Below, one piece after another: positions 1 through 11,545 of a DNA stretch of 64,000 nt. A model generated the notes under the pieces. The model ran no database searches and was not told the DNA's origin. It worked only from the letters and a program-made list of their open reading frames with translations. A program made the translations under genes and the position numbers. Origin of the DNA: Octopus vulgaris. Lineage: Eukaryota. The stretch spans positions 160,890,001 to 160,954,000 of the forward strand of contig OX597815.1 in the NCBI GenBank assembly GCA_951406725.2, in the 5' to 3' direction. Every line of letters starts with the position of its first letter. Position 1 is the first letter of the stretch.

Positions 1-52
1 ATAATCAAGGACATTCCTCCTATGATCTTTCAGTTTATTATTCATACATATG

Positions 53-282
53 TATTTCTTTACTACCCACAAGGGGCTAAACACAGAGGAGACAAACAAG
101 GACAGACAAAGGGATTAAGTCGATTACATCGACCCCAGTGCGTAACTGGTATTTAATTTATCGACCCCAGAAGGATGAAAGGCAAAGTTGACCTCGGCGG
201 AATTTGAACTCGGAACGTAATGGCAGACGAAATACGGCAACGCATTTCGCCCGCCGTGCTAACGTTTCTGCCAGCTCGCCGG
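53..282 (-). mobile_element. tRNA-derived SINE, family A, near full length
   Basis: Minus strand reads GGCGAGCTGGCAGAAACGTTAGCACG...GTTCCGAGTTCAAATTCCGCC (A/B-box-like head) then GCCTTTCATCCTTCTGGGGTCGATAAAT; flanked by CATATG on both sides; many homologous copies in the window. Confidence 0.85.
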
Positions 283-2229
283 CATATGGTGTCCTTTACC
301 ATCTACAAAAGCATGTCCAGGCTGTTCATTGTTGGACAGACTAAAGGAATTAGTACTTTGCTTGGAAACAAGTGAGGACTGACTACAGAAGGAGCATTCA
401 GCCAAAGATGGACTTCAATAAGATCTTGTCTGACCCATGCAAGCATGGGAAAACAGATATTAAAATAATGATACAAGATGATGAATCTGTGTATGTGTGC
501 ATATCTTGATTATTACTCCTTTTCTCAATGAACTTTAGATATCTGATGGTGTTTCACTGTTGTACATGGAAACATAACAGTATCAACAAAAAGATTTAGA
601 TTCTTAATACTTACATGTAAGATAATACCAGCAAATATCGATCTGTTATTCCTTGATGAACAATTGTGGTAAACTATTCTCAGTATCTTAGAAATTCCAG
701 ATGTTTTAACCAAATACGAAGATGCTGACATTTACATAAAACTGACTTTTACTTGGGTATACATGCATATGTATGTATTTTTGTGTGTTTATACATTCTA
801 AAGCTTAATAATCTTGTCACACATTATGATGTTGATTCTGCCAGAGAATTAAGTTATGGGTACACATGTTTCTGCAATATTCAGCCATTTGCAAGCTAAT
901 TTAAGGAAGAGCTTCTCATTTGATCAAATAACTGAATATTTATCATAGAAAACAATGAATCTCCGTTTACTTACTTTTTCTGTATTTGTGTTATACTCGT
1001 CAAAAATGATGGTTTATTTTTGCCTCCTTTCATAATTATTCTGCTTCAAGCATTGCTCTGTTTTCTTCTTGTATTTCATTTTGTCTTCTTTCAGTTATTT
1101 TAATACTTTTTATCTCAATCCTTACATCTGTTGCTTTCTGTGCTTCTTGTTGGTTTGCAGCATTTCTCTCCAGTTCATGCAGAACATTCACTTCTTGATA
1201 TATCTTTGTCTTCTTTTTCAAGTTCCAACTTGATCAGTTTCTGCAGGACTGTTTGGCTTGCAATTACCAGATATTTTCATTCAAAATTATACTTTTTTAT
1301 TCTTACACTCTTTTTCTCACTAATTTGTTCACATATTTTATTATTTCTTATAAGTCTGTCTTACCATTGTGAGTCAAAATCTATCTCCTATTATTTCTTT
1401 CCTCCCACTAAATTTCAATATCATTCTCAGTTTTCCTTCTCTCTTTCTCTGTCATTTTCTCTATCATTTATTCACTCTCTATACTCTCTATCAGATAATC
1501 TTTCTAATTTCTTCCCTCCACTGTTGAGCTCTAAGTTTCTTCTTTCCAGTTCTTTTTCTCTTACTTTATTACTTAATAATATTATCCCTTACATCCTCAC
1601 TCTTTCTTTCTGTATTTCAATGCTCATCTAACTGTTGGTAACTTTTTACTATTTCTTTAATCTCACTCTGTAGATTTTCAACTTATTTATTCATATATCT
1701 ATCTAATTCTTCTCTTTTTATAATACTTTCTTTTTCTGTCTTCTGCTTGTCTCAGTACAGCTACTACTTCTTCCTCCTATATTCCTATACAACAATTCTT
1801 TAAGACCAACAAAGAAAATATGATAACACACGACTTGGCCTTTTATATGTAAAGATGATGCCTGATATTAGTGCTAATATTTTCATATATCAGTCAAATG
1901 AAAAATTTTCACTATTAATTTACAAGTATTCATACCCTTAGGGTTAATTCTCAGAATAATATTGAATGGAAATCTAATACTTAATGAAGTTAGATAGTAA
2001 AAGAATAGTTTATCTGCTATAGGCTAAATGAATTACAAGGTATCTGTGAGATAACAGAATATCATATTATACCAGTATAATATGTATAGCCTAATTTTGA
2101 CAAAGAGAAACAGCTGCCATTCTGTGGGCTAATTTATAACATGGCTGATCAAAATGTGATAGATGGAAGACTGTCAAAGTGTCTATTTCCTTTTCTTTCT
2201 AAGTTTTATATTCATATGATGTATATGTG

Positions 2230-2550
2230 AAAGCATGTGGTTTTGTGGTTAGGGTATTCAGCTGACAATCAATGAAGTCTTGAGTTCGATTCCTGGTGTT
2301 GTGTTGTATCTTTGAGCAAGACACTTTATTTCATGTTGCTCCAGTCCACTCGGCTGGCAAAAATGAAAAGTACCTGTGAGTCAAAAGGCTATACTTGCCA
2401 CATTCTATGTCATGCTGAATCTCCCTGAGAAGTACGTTAAGGGCACACGTGTCTGTGGAGTACTCAGCCAGTTGCACATTGATTTCATGAGTAGGTTATT
2501 CTGTTGATTAGATCAACTGGAACACTCATCATCATAACTGACTGAGTGTC
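2230..2550 (+). mobile_element. tRNA-derived CORE-like SINE, family D
   Basis: TGTGGTTAGGGTATTC...TGAGTTCGATTCCTGG head, then GTGTTGTATCTTTGAGCAAGACACTTTATTTCATGTTGCTCCAGTCCACTC; homologous to 29465-29842 and 45765-45970. Confidence 0.75.
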
Positions 2551-2551
2551 A

Positions 2552-2860
2552 TATCATCAGTCTATGGTCCATGCTGGCATGGGTTGGATGGTTTGACCAG
2601 GGTTGGTAAACTGGAAGGCTGTACCAGACTCTAGTCTGATTTAGCATGATTTCTTACGCTGGATGCCCTTCTTAACACCAACCACTCCTGGCATGGATGC
2701 CAGTTGTGTGACACCAGTATCTGCTATGACAACAATTTCACTTGGCTTGATGGGTCATCTTCTTGAGCACAGCACAATGCCAAAGGTCTCAGTCATTTAT
2801 CGTTGCCTCTGTGAGGCCCAACAGTTGAAAAGAAAATTCATATATCATGCTTCATTTATA
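2552..2860 (-). mobile_element. RTE-LINE 3' UTR-derived repeat (family E), degenerate
   Basis: CCATGCTGGCATGGGTTGGATGG...GCTGGATGCCCTTC is the reverse complement of the tail of the RTE copy at 41040-41210. Confidence 0.7.
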
Positions 2861-3042
2861 TTAACCATCTTAGCTGTTAAATTTAAACTATATAAACATA
2901 TTATTAGATATTGAAATCACATTGCTTAATAACCAAGCTGCTGGATTTCCAGTCAGAGTGTTATGGGTTCAATTCTTAAATTGAATTGTCAATTGTGCCC
3001 TTAGACAAGACATTTCACTCCATGTTTCTAAAATTCTATTCT

Positions 3043-3452
3043 ATACTCTTTTACTCTTTTACTTGTTTCAGTCGTTTGACTGCGGCCATGCTGGAGCATC
3101 GCCTGTAGTCGAGCAAATCAACCCTAGGACTTATTCTTTGTAAGCCTAGTACTTATTCTATCGGCCTCTTTTGCCGAACTGCTAGATTACGGGAACATAA
3201 ACACACCAGCATCGGTTGTCAAGTGATGTTGGGGGGTACAAACACAGACACAGACACACACAAATATATATATACATATACATATATACAACAGGCTTCT
3301 TTCAGTTTCCGTCTACCAAATCCACTCACAAGACTTTGGTTGACCCAAGGCTATAGTAGAAGACACTTGCCCAAGGTGCCATGCAGTGGGACTGAACCCG
3401 AGCCATGTGGTTTGTAAGCAAGCTACTTACCACACAGCCACTCCTGTGCCTA
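3043..3452 (-). mobile_element. tRNA-derived SINE, family B, full length with internal microsatellite
   Basis: Reverse complement of the 5281-5590 copy; (CTCTTTTA)n tail at left and ACACAGCCACTCCTGTGCC head at right. Confidence 0.9.
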
Positions 3453-3702
3453 TTCTGATGAAAATGAGTTATTCTAGCTACAGAGCAGCAACCTCACAGA
3501 CTAAAGTCTTGCAATACACAGTGGTCTTCGCCTGCTACAGCAGCTAGATGATGACATTGATAATGATTCCTAGACAGACTGAGAGATCAATATTTAATTT
3601 TATATATGTTATCAGTATATACCTACATGCAATAGACTTTTCATGACTATTTTTACTAGCATATTATGATTATGAAACTTCTTTACTTCTGGTTTATCTA
3701 TT

Positions 3703-4103
3703 ACTCTCTCTTTTACTCTTTTACTTGTTTCAGTCATTTGACTGTGGCCATGCTGAAGCACCACCTTTAGTTGAGCAAATCGACCCCAGGACTTTTTTTT
3801 ATAAGCCTAGTACTTCTATCGGTCTCTTTTGCCGAACAGCTAAGTTACGGGGGCGTAAACACAACCAGCATCGGTTGTCAAGCGTTGTTGGGGGGACAAA
3901 CACAGACACACAAACATACACACACACATACATATATACGACGGGCTTCTTTCAGTTTCTGTCTACCAAAATCCACTCACAAGGCTTTGGTCGGCCTGAG
4001 GCTATAGTAGAAGACACTTGTCTAAGGTGCCACACAGAAGGACTGAACCCGGAACCATGTGGTTGGTAAGCAAGCTACTTACCACACATCCACTCCTGCA
4101 CCT
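3703..4103 (-). mobile_element. SINE family B, full length
   Basis: Colinear with 3043-3452; accounts for ORFs 3725-4069 and 3771-4007. Confidence 0.9.
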
Positions 4104-4119
4104 ATTATGTATCATTTAT

Positions 4120-4535
4120 CATTATCTTTTCTGTCGCTGGACTATGGCCATGCTGGGACACCTTTATGAAAGGTTTTAGTCTTGGTACTTACTTTGTTGG
4201 TCCCTTTTGCTGAACCATTAAGTTATGAGGATGTAAGCAAACACACACTAGCTGTCAAGCAGCGATAGGGGAACAAACACAATGCCATACACTTTCACAT
4301 AGGCACGAAGATACACACTCTAACATAGACAGAAAGACAACACACGCACATGCTCACACATATTTTTATTTATACACAAAATGCTTCTTTCAGTTGCCAG
4401 GTTCATTCACAAAGATTTGTTTGGCTCCTGAGGCTATAGTAGAAGACAGTTGACTAAGGTACCATTCACTGGGACTGAACACAGAGCTACAAGGTTGGAA
4501 AGCAAACTTCTTACCACACAGCCATGCCTTCACCT
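4120..4535 (-). mobile_element. SINE family B, older diverged copy
   Basis: Degenerate match: GGCCATGCTGGG, GCTGAACC-TAAGTTA, GAGGCTATAGTAGAAGACA, CTTACCACACAGCCATGCC. Confidence 0.8.
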
Positions 4536-5280
4536 GTGTTTTTTTTATATTTATTTATTTTTTATTTGTTGTAGTCTGTGGTGTGAGTGAAATAGTAGTC
4601 AAAAGTTAGCTTCTCATCTAATTATCAATTCACACACACCTATAATCATGTATACCCCCCATGAAATGTTTCTTTTATTTATTTTTACTTATCCTGTCAT
4701 TTACCCATTATTTATTTATTCATTTATCATATTCTATCATATCTTTGTCTTTTGTTTGTTTTTTGTTGTTGTTTTTTTTTCTTTCCTGCTATTTCTTTTG
4801 ATTATAAGCTTCCTCATTAATTGACATCTTCTCTGTTGGAAAACACAGAAGTCAGTAATTGGCTCTCTTCTGTGATTTCTATTGAAGATTGTCTAAAAAT
4901 CCTTCAGAATTGTTAATGTCTGAATTAATACATAAAACAAAATATCTGCCAGCTAAAACCAATATCTTTCTACTGTCATTAGAAATTAGAAGTCTTGTGG
5001 GGATTTTTATTGTTGTTCTTTTTTATTCACCAATTGTATTATGTTTATTTTTAATGTATATGTATATTTTAAATTTTATTTTTCTCCTCTGTTTTTGTTT
5101 ATTGTCACATTTTAGAAGAAAAAATATTTTTGAATTAGTACTTTTATCTATTTTTCTTATTTGTTTATTTAATATATATAGGCGCAGGAGTGGCTGTGTG
5201 GTAAGTAGCTTGCTAACCAACCACATGGTTCCGGGTTCAGTCCCACTGCGTGGCATCTTGGGCAAGTGTCTTCTGCTATA

Positions 5281-5343
5281 GCCCTGGGCCAACCAATGCC
5301 TTGTGAGTGGATTTGGTAGACGGAAACTGAAAGAAGCCTGTCG

Positions 5344-5374
<31 letters not shown>

Positions 5375-5590
5375 ATATGTTTGTGTGTCTGTGTTTGTCC
5401 CCCTAGCATTGCTTGACAACCGATGCTGGTGTGTTTACGTCCCCGTCACTTAGCGGTTCGGCAAAAGAGACCGATAGAATAAGTACTGGGCTTACAAGAA
5501 TAAGTCCCGGGGTCGATTTGCTCGACTAAAGGCGGTGCTCCAGCATGGCCGCAGTCAAATGACTGAAACAAGTAAAAGAGTAAAAGAGTA
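5281..5590 (+). mobile_element. SINE family B, young full-length copy
   Basis: GGCGCAGGAGTGGCTGTGTGGTAAG (A box), GGGTTCAGTCCC (B-box-like), CORE-like GGCATCTTGGGCAAGTGTCTTC, internal (TA)n(TG)n, 3' (GTAAAAGA)n tail; CpGs retained. Confidence 0.92.
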
Positions 5591-5659
5591 TATTGTTATT
5601 TGTATTGGTATGGTTTGATTTCAATGGACAGATTTTGATGACAGATGTTAGCAACCTGT

Positions 5660-5874
5660 TCTTTTATTCTTTTACTTGTTTCAGTCATTTGACTGTGGCC
5701 ATGTTGGAGCACCGCCTTTAGTTGAGTAAATCGACTCCAGAGCTTATTCTTTGTAACCCTAGTACTTATTTTATCAGTCTCTTTTGCAAAACCGCTAAGT
5801 TATGGGGACATAAACACACCAGCATCGGTTGTCAAATGATGTTGGGGTCACAAACACAGACACACAAACACATA

Positions 5875-5926
<52 letters not shown>

Positions 5927-6050
5927 GACATATATATGATGGGTATCTTCCAGTTTCCATCTACCAAATCCATTCACAAGGCTTTGGTCATCATGAGGCT
6001 ATAGTAGAAGACACTTGCCCAAGGTGCCATGCAGTGGGACTGAACCCATG
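5660..6050 (-). mobile_element. SINE family B, 5' truncated, expanded internal (TA)n
   Basis: Colinear with other B copies up to GGGACTGAACCC. Confidence 0.85.
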
Positions 6051-6079
6051 ACCCATATATATATATACACATGTGTAGA

Positions 6080-6123
<44 letters not shown>

Positions 6124-6222
6124 AAAGTTAGCACATAAATGTGAAACAAAGTGAGAAAAATAGTACTCGAATACCAGAGGTAGAGTAATATGCTTTATTA
6201 AAAAGCAGCAAAAATATCCCCC

Positions 6223-6266
6223 AAACTGTTACTCAGTGATTCACATCCCCGTTCGTCAGATAGTTT
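6223..6266 (-). ncRNA. degenerate minimal type I hammerhead motif in a PLE pseudo-LTR-like repeat (~6121-6280)
   Basis: Minus strand: AAACTAT-CTGACGA-ACG GGGA TGT-GAAT-CAC T GAG-TA-ACAGTTT; stems I/II/III correctly placed, GAAA mutated to GAAT. Confidence 0.6.
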
Positions 6267-6289
6267 TGTTATATTAATGTATAGTGAGG

Positions 6290-6618
6290 AGACCACTTAT
6301 GACCATGAATGACCATCGGATTGCACCTAGAAATTTACCCTCTGAGGCACAAGTCTGAGCAATGTTGTTTATGGAAGACCACCAGTTGCCCATGCATACC
6401 AGCCTCCCCTCTCCCCACCACTGATGTTGTCCAAGGGAAAGGCTGATACAACTTTGTACATGTGATGTCGCAACTCATTTCTACAACTGAGTTAACTGGA
6501 CCAATGTGAAATAAAGTGTCTTGCTCAAGAACACAACATACAGCTCGGTCCGGGAATCGAACTTACAACCTCGCAATCATAAGCTCGATACTCTAACCAC
6601 TGAACCATGTGCCTTTAC
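6290..6618 (-). mobile_element. tRNA-derived CORE-like SINE, family C
   Basis: Colinear with 18822-19160. Confidence 0.85.
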
Positions 6619-7142
6619 ACATGTATAGTATATATATGTGTGTGTGTGTGTGTAGTATAGACGTACATATATGTACTCATATATATAGTATGAATATGGA
6701 ATATAGAGTATTTGTTTTATATTTTATCTTGTACTTGTTTTAATCATTTAGCTGTAAGCACTACCTTAAGAAATTTTAGTTGAATGAATCAACCCATGTT
6801 GTATTATCCTAACCTCCACCTTAATTTTAAGAACGTTTTTTCAGTTTCAGACAGACAATCAATTTTTTTTACCTTTTTATATGTAGTGAATTTTGGTGGT
6901 AACTCTAAAGCATGCATTTCATCTGCATCTGGCTGTACTGTGCACACTGACCCATACACATGCACACAAACAAATGAAAAGTAACGCAGTGTAAATAACA
7001 GACAGAGTCAAGACTATTGAAAAGGTTGCAAGACTCAACAAAAGTTTTAGGAAAATAAAAATAAGAAATAAGTGGAAATTTTACCAGTGAATCTGTTAAA
7101 TTATAAGGCACAAAAAGAAAATCACTCTCCCCAGACACAACA

Positions 7143-7203
7143 GTATATATCTCTATCTATCTCTCTCTCTCTCTATCTATCTATCTCTCTCTCTATCTAT
7201 CTA

Positions 7204-7259
<56 letters not shown>

Positions 7260-7340
7260 TTTATATATATATTTGTTTATATATATATTTGTTTATATAT
7301 ATATTTGTTTATATATATATTTGTTTATATATATATATTT

Positions 7341-7423
<83 letters not shown>

Positions 7424-7445
7424 TGCATGCACACTCACATATATA
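7143..7445. repeat. compound microsatellite (CT)n/(CTAT)n/(AT)n with TTTGTTTA(TA)n units
   Basis: Directly visible; source of the IY-repeat ORFs 7072-7656 and 7305-7550. Confidence 0.95.
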
Positions 7446-7499
7446 TGTGATCCTTTTGTTTTTTACTATAAATCAATGCATGCGAAAATGGACAAAACA

Positions 7500-7655
7500 G
7501 ATGTTCATTTTCACTTTAAACTTAATAGTCCAGCAAAAGAAAACCGATAGAATAAGTACTAGGCATACAAGCAATAAGTCCTGGGGTCGATTTATTCGAT
7601 TAAAGATGGTGCCCCAGCATAGCCACTGTCAAATGACTGAAACAAGTAAAAGATA
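7500..7655 (+). mobile_element. SINE family B, 3' half
   Basis: CAGCAAAAGAAAACCGATAGAATAAGTACTAGGC...CAAATGACTGAAACAAGTAAAAGA. Confidence 0.8.
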
Positions 7656-8384
7656 GAATACATATACATACATAGTCAGTCATATTCTTCGTGCTTGCTA
7701 GTTTGGGAAGAAAAAAAAGAACGAAACAATACAAAAGAAGAAATTTCTAAGCACAATTTTACAAATATTTACACTTGCTCTTTTACTCTGCTATATGTTA
7801 GATATACAAACCAACTTTGTGTATCTTGTTCAGTAATTATAGTGCTCCGTTTACAATTGATCTTAGGAAATCTGCAATCTGAAAGTATATATCATTGCAC
7901 ATCAAAACACAAAATAGCATAGAGAAATAAAAGTGTTTTTTTAGTTTAACATGGTTTTCCTCTTATTGTGAAGTATACAATAATAACTGCTTGCAAATGT
8001 TGATCTGCTGTGATTTGACAAACTCTAGTTGAGGATCAGGGAAGTGTCGGTCCCCTTCTGTGGAACCTTGAGCAGGTGCCTTCTATTCCCTGAACTTTTT
8101 GCACTCCCATTTTTATTATGCTGCTACTATGCTCTTGGTCCATTCACCCTCCTTCACTGCTAATGAGGTCACCTGGGTAACAAAAGCAATTATAGCAATT
8201 TGTTGGCTAATCTTTCAGCATTGTTAGAAGCCAGCTTCAGATTAAAAGGGGGTGGTGGCGATGGCGACGGTGGTGGTGATGGTTTTGGGTCATTCTATTA
8301 TATTGGGATCTTATAAGATAAATATTGAACAAATGGTGTTTACAGCTCAGTGACCAAGTACACATGGACACACACACATATTAA

Positions 8385-8431
<47 letters not shown>

Positions 8432-8555
8432 TATATGCGTGTGTGTGGATATATATACATGTATATATGTGTGTATATACATATAAATGCACATATACAC
8501 ACATATACACATATATACACACATATATATGTGTGAGTGTGTGTATTTCTCTGTG

Positions 8556-9200
8556 TATAAACCATGTTGAGTCAAAAGTTTTTTCATATTTCAAGCTTCA
8601 ATTAATAGTTCCAACAAATTACACACAAAAAGTATTTATTCATCAAAATATATACCATCATATTCTATTGTCTGTTGCCATCATTTTATACCATTTGGCT
8701 GGTTTAGAGGCAAAAAAATCCTTTCAACATATTTTTAATCTCATCCACATCACTGAACCTCTGTTCATGCAGGGAATGTGCCATGTCTCAGAAAGGGCAG
8801 TTATCTAATAGTGCAATGTCTAGACTGTAGACAGGGTCAGCCCCTCAGATTCCTCAAGTTTGCAATTGGTTACGTTGGCATTGTATGCTGGTATGTTACC
8901 ATAGTGACCAATGCCAAGTAGTGTGCTTTCAAAGCATCATATACTCACTGCAGTTTTTGAACATAAATGTGAGTGTTCACAACATGACCGTCTGGGACAA
9001 GCTCAAAATGTAACACCTTCTCAAAGTTGCACCAAACACTCAACACAGACTTCTGTTCAAACAAAAAGGTTCTGAAGCTTGGCTTTACTTGGAACTGCAT
9101 GCATATTGCATAAAGTACTGTCTGACTGAATTCTTTGTTGTGACTTGACAGACAGTAAAAATCTCTGGTACACAAAACCTCTTCAGTCTACAACATCACA
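8556..9200 (-). mobile_element. mariner (DD34D-type) transposase remnant, catalytic domain to C-terminus, with stops and frameshifts
   Basis: ORF 8945-9175 has KSVLSVWCNFEKVLHFELVPDGHVVN..YVQKL (mariner VWW..G..HFEL.P block); downstream minus frames give YSLDIALLD (YSPDLAPSD-like), FFASKPAKWY and GIYFDE* with stop at 8636-8638. Confidence 0.8.
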
Positions 9201-9220
9201 ATATTGGATATTGTGCAATG

Positions 9221-9880
9221 TCATCATCATCATCATCGTTTAATGTCTGCTTTCTAAGCTGGCATGGGCTGGACGGTTTGACTGTGGACTGGTGAGCCAG
9301 AGGCTGCACCAGGCTCAGTCTGATCTGGCAAAGTTTCTACAGCTAGATGTCCTTCCTAATGCCAACCACTCTGGAGTGTAGTGGGTACTTTTTATGTGCC
9401 ACCGGCATGAGGGCCAGTCAGGCAGTTCTGGCAACGACCATGCTCAAAGGGTATTTTTACATGCTACCTGCATGGAAGCCAGTCCGGTGGCACTGGCAGT
9501 AAACACGCTCGAATGTTGTTTTCACATGCCACCGGCACATGTGCCAGTAAGGCAACACTGGCAATGATCACTTTCAAAAGATGCTTTTCACATGTCATCA
9601 GCACTGGAGCCAATCTGTGGCCCTGGCAACAATCACGCTTCGATATGCTTTTAATGTTCCACTGGCACGAGGGCCAATCAAGTGGTACTGTCATTGGCCA
9701 TGTCAGCAATTTTGATTTGTTTAAACTTGCCTCAATAGGTCTTCGCAAGCAAAGTTCATTGTCTAATGAATGAGGGGTACTCATAAGTTGGCTGGTTACA
9801 CTCCATGTTCAGATGTGCTTTTAACGTTCTACTGGCATGAGTGCCATTCAGGTAGCACTGTCATGGCCACATCAGCATGA
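9221..9880 (-). mobile_element. RTE-LINE 3' UTR (family E) with degenerate ~64-bp tandem modules
   Basis: (CAT)n tail then GTTTAATGTCTGCTTTC..GCTGGCATGGG; repeated ATGTGCCACCGGCA...GGCCAGTC...CTGGCAA..CACGCT modules matching 40697-41038. Confidence 0.8.
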
Positions 9881-9904
9881 TAATTATAATGATGATGATG
9901 ATGA

Positions 9905-10122
9905 ATAATCCTTTTTATTATAGGCACAGGACCTGCAATTTTGAGGGTAGAGGTAGTCAGTTACATTGAACCCCCAGTGTTCAACTGGTGCTTATTTTAT
10001 CAACTCTGAAAAGATGAAAGGCAAAGTCAACCTTCGAGGAATTTGAACTCAGAATGTAAAAACAAATGAAATGCTAACAAACATTTGTCTGGTGTACTAA
10101 CAATTCTACCAGCCTGCCACCT
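9905..10122 (-). mobile_element. SINE family A, older subfamily
   Basis: CTGAAAAGATGAAAGGCAAAGTCAACCTTCGAGGAATTTGAACTCAGAA...CCAGCCTGCCACCTT. Confidence 0.75.
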
Positions 10123-10161
10123 TAATAATAATGATAATAATAATAATAATAATAATAATAA

Positions 10162-10200
<39 letters not shown>

Positions 10201-10521
10201 CAATAATAATAATAATAATAATAGTAGTAGTAGCAATAATAATAATAATAGTAGTAGTAGTAGTAATAATAGTAGTAGTAGTAGTAGTAGTAGTAGTAAT
10301 AGTAGTAGTAATAATAATAATAATAGTAGTAGTAGTAATAATAGTAGTAGTAGCAGTAGTAATAATAATAATAGTAGTAGTAATAATAATAATAATAATA
10401 GTAGTAGTAGTAATAATAGTAGTAGTAGCAGTAGTAATAATAATAATAGTAGTAGTAATAATAATAATAATAATAGTAATAATGATAATAGTAATAATAA
10501 TCATAACAACAACAATAATAA
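10123..10521. repeat. interleaved (AAT)n/(AGT)n compound microsatellite
   Basis: Directly visible; gives poly-N/S, poly-I/V, poly-T/I and poly-L ORFs. Confidence 0.97.
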
Positions 10522-11214
10522 TTGGTGTCATCTGGAAAGTAATAATTGCTCTTGCTTTTTCTTTGATTTGTTCATTGTTTTATAATGTAACATTTTATCT
10601 AAGATCAATATATTCATTCAGTCTGTAGCAAATAGATTTAAGTATGTTGTAGTTGCTGGCGTTTTTAGTGGGGCACTAATTACTTCTGCCTGCAGTGGCT
10701 TATTGCAAGGACGAAGTCAGTTAAGTGTTTACAAGTAGATTATACATTGAATTCACTAGTCATACCACACATCATTTAGGGTAGAAGTTCAATTTTCAAA
10801 ATTCATCATGCATCTTCTGCAATCGGTGAGATGGAATGTAACAGTCTGTTTGCTGTCCATCTTATTTTGGTATAACCAAATTTTGTTGCTGTTTTTTATC
10901 CTCAGTTCAGTTCTGACAGAACAAACCTCGAAACAGTAATTCCAGTTGTAACATCCTTGTCTGTTTTTCAGAAATATATAAAAATACATTGTTTTAATGT
11001 TTCCTTGACTTATTCAAAAATGTTTCCAGCCATGACCATCCCTCTTTTTTAAGCATGCTGTATATCTAGAGTTATTTTGTTCTTTATATTATTATTTTCT
11101 TTTTTTTGTTTTTGTTTTTAAGTTGGAGAATCTGACTGCTATTCCTAGCAGGTTGAGTACCCAGAAATATTTTTTTTTGGAAATATTGTAAAAACTTCAT
11201 TGTTTTAGGTTTCC

Positions 11215-11545
11215 AGCATATGGCTCAGTGGTTAGAGAGCTGGGCTCAGAATTACGAGGTAGTGAGTTCGATTTCTGGGCCAAGATGTGTGTTGTGTTCT
11301 TAAGCAAGACCTTTTATTTCATGTTGCTCCAGTTCACTCAACTGTAGAAATGATTTGTGACACCACTGGTGCCAAGCTGTATCAGCTTTTGCCTTTCCTT
11401 TTGATAACATTGGTGGCATAGAGAAGGGAGGCTGGTATGCATGGGTAATAGCTGGACTTCCATAAACAATTTTGCCCGGATTTGTGCCTCAGAGAAGAAC
11501 TTTCTAGGTGCAATCCTATGGTCATTCATGACCTTTACCTTTTTA
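11215..11545 (+). mobile_element. SINE family C
   Basis: GCATATGGCTCAGTGGTTAGAG head, GAGTTCGATTTC B box, body ending GGTCATTCATGACCTTTACC. Confidence 0.85.

Noticed and set aside
1036-1290. Charged coiled-coil-like ORF on the minus strand as a host exon
   Set aside because: Purine-rich composition explains it; no recognisable domain or convincing splice-site pair. A TE remnant or exon cannot be fully excluded without BLASTx or RNA-seq.
3223-4069. Recurring ORFs such as QASFSFRLPNPLTR as a gene family
   Set aside because: They are translations of SINE family B in different frames, with inconsistent starts and stops.
5281-5360. tRNA genes at SINE heads (also near 19160, 63177 and 282)
   Set aside because: A/B boxes are present but no full cloverleaf, and each continues into a SINE body and tail.
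7072-7656. Long low-complexity ORFs (also 10085-10628, 14964-15587, 32043-32351, 62956-63270)
   Set aside because: Translations of microsatellites with no domain content.
10910-10955. CTGACAGA...CGAAAC...GTA hammerhead-like string
   Set aside because: Core spacing is wrong and stems I and II do not pair.
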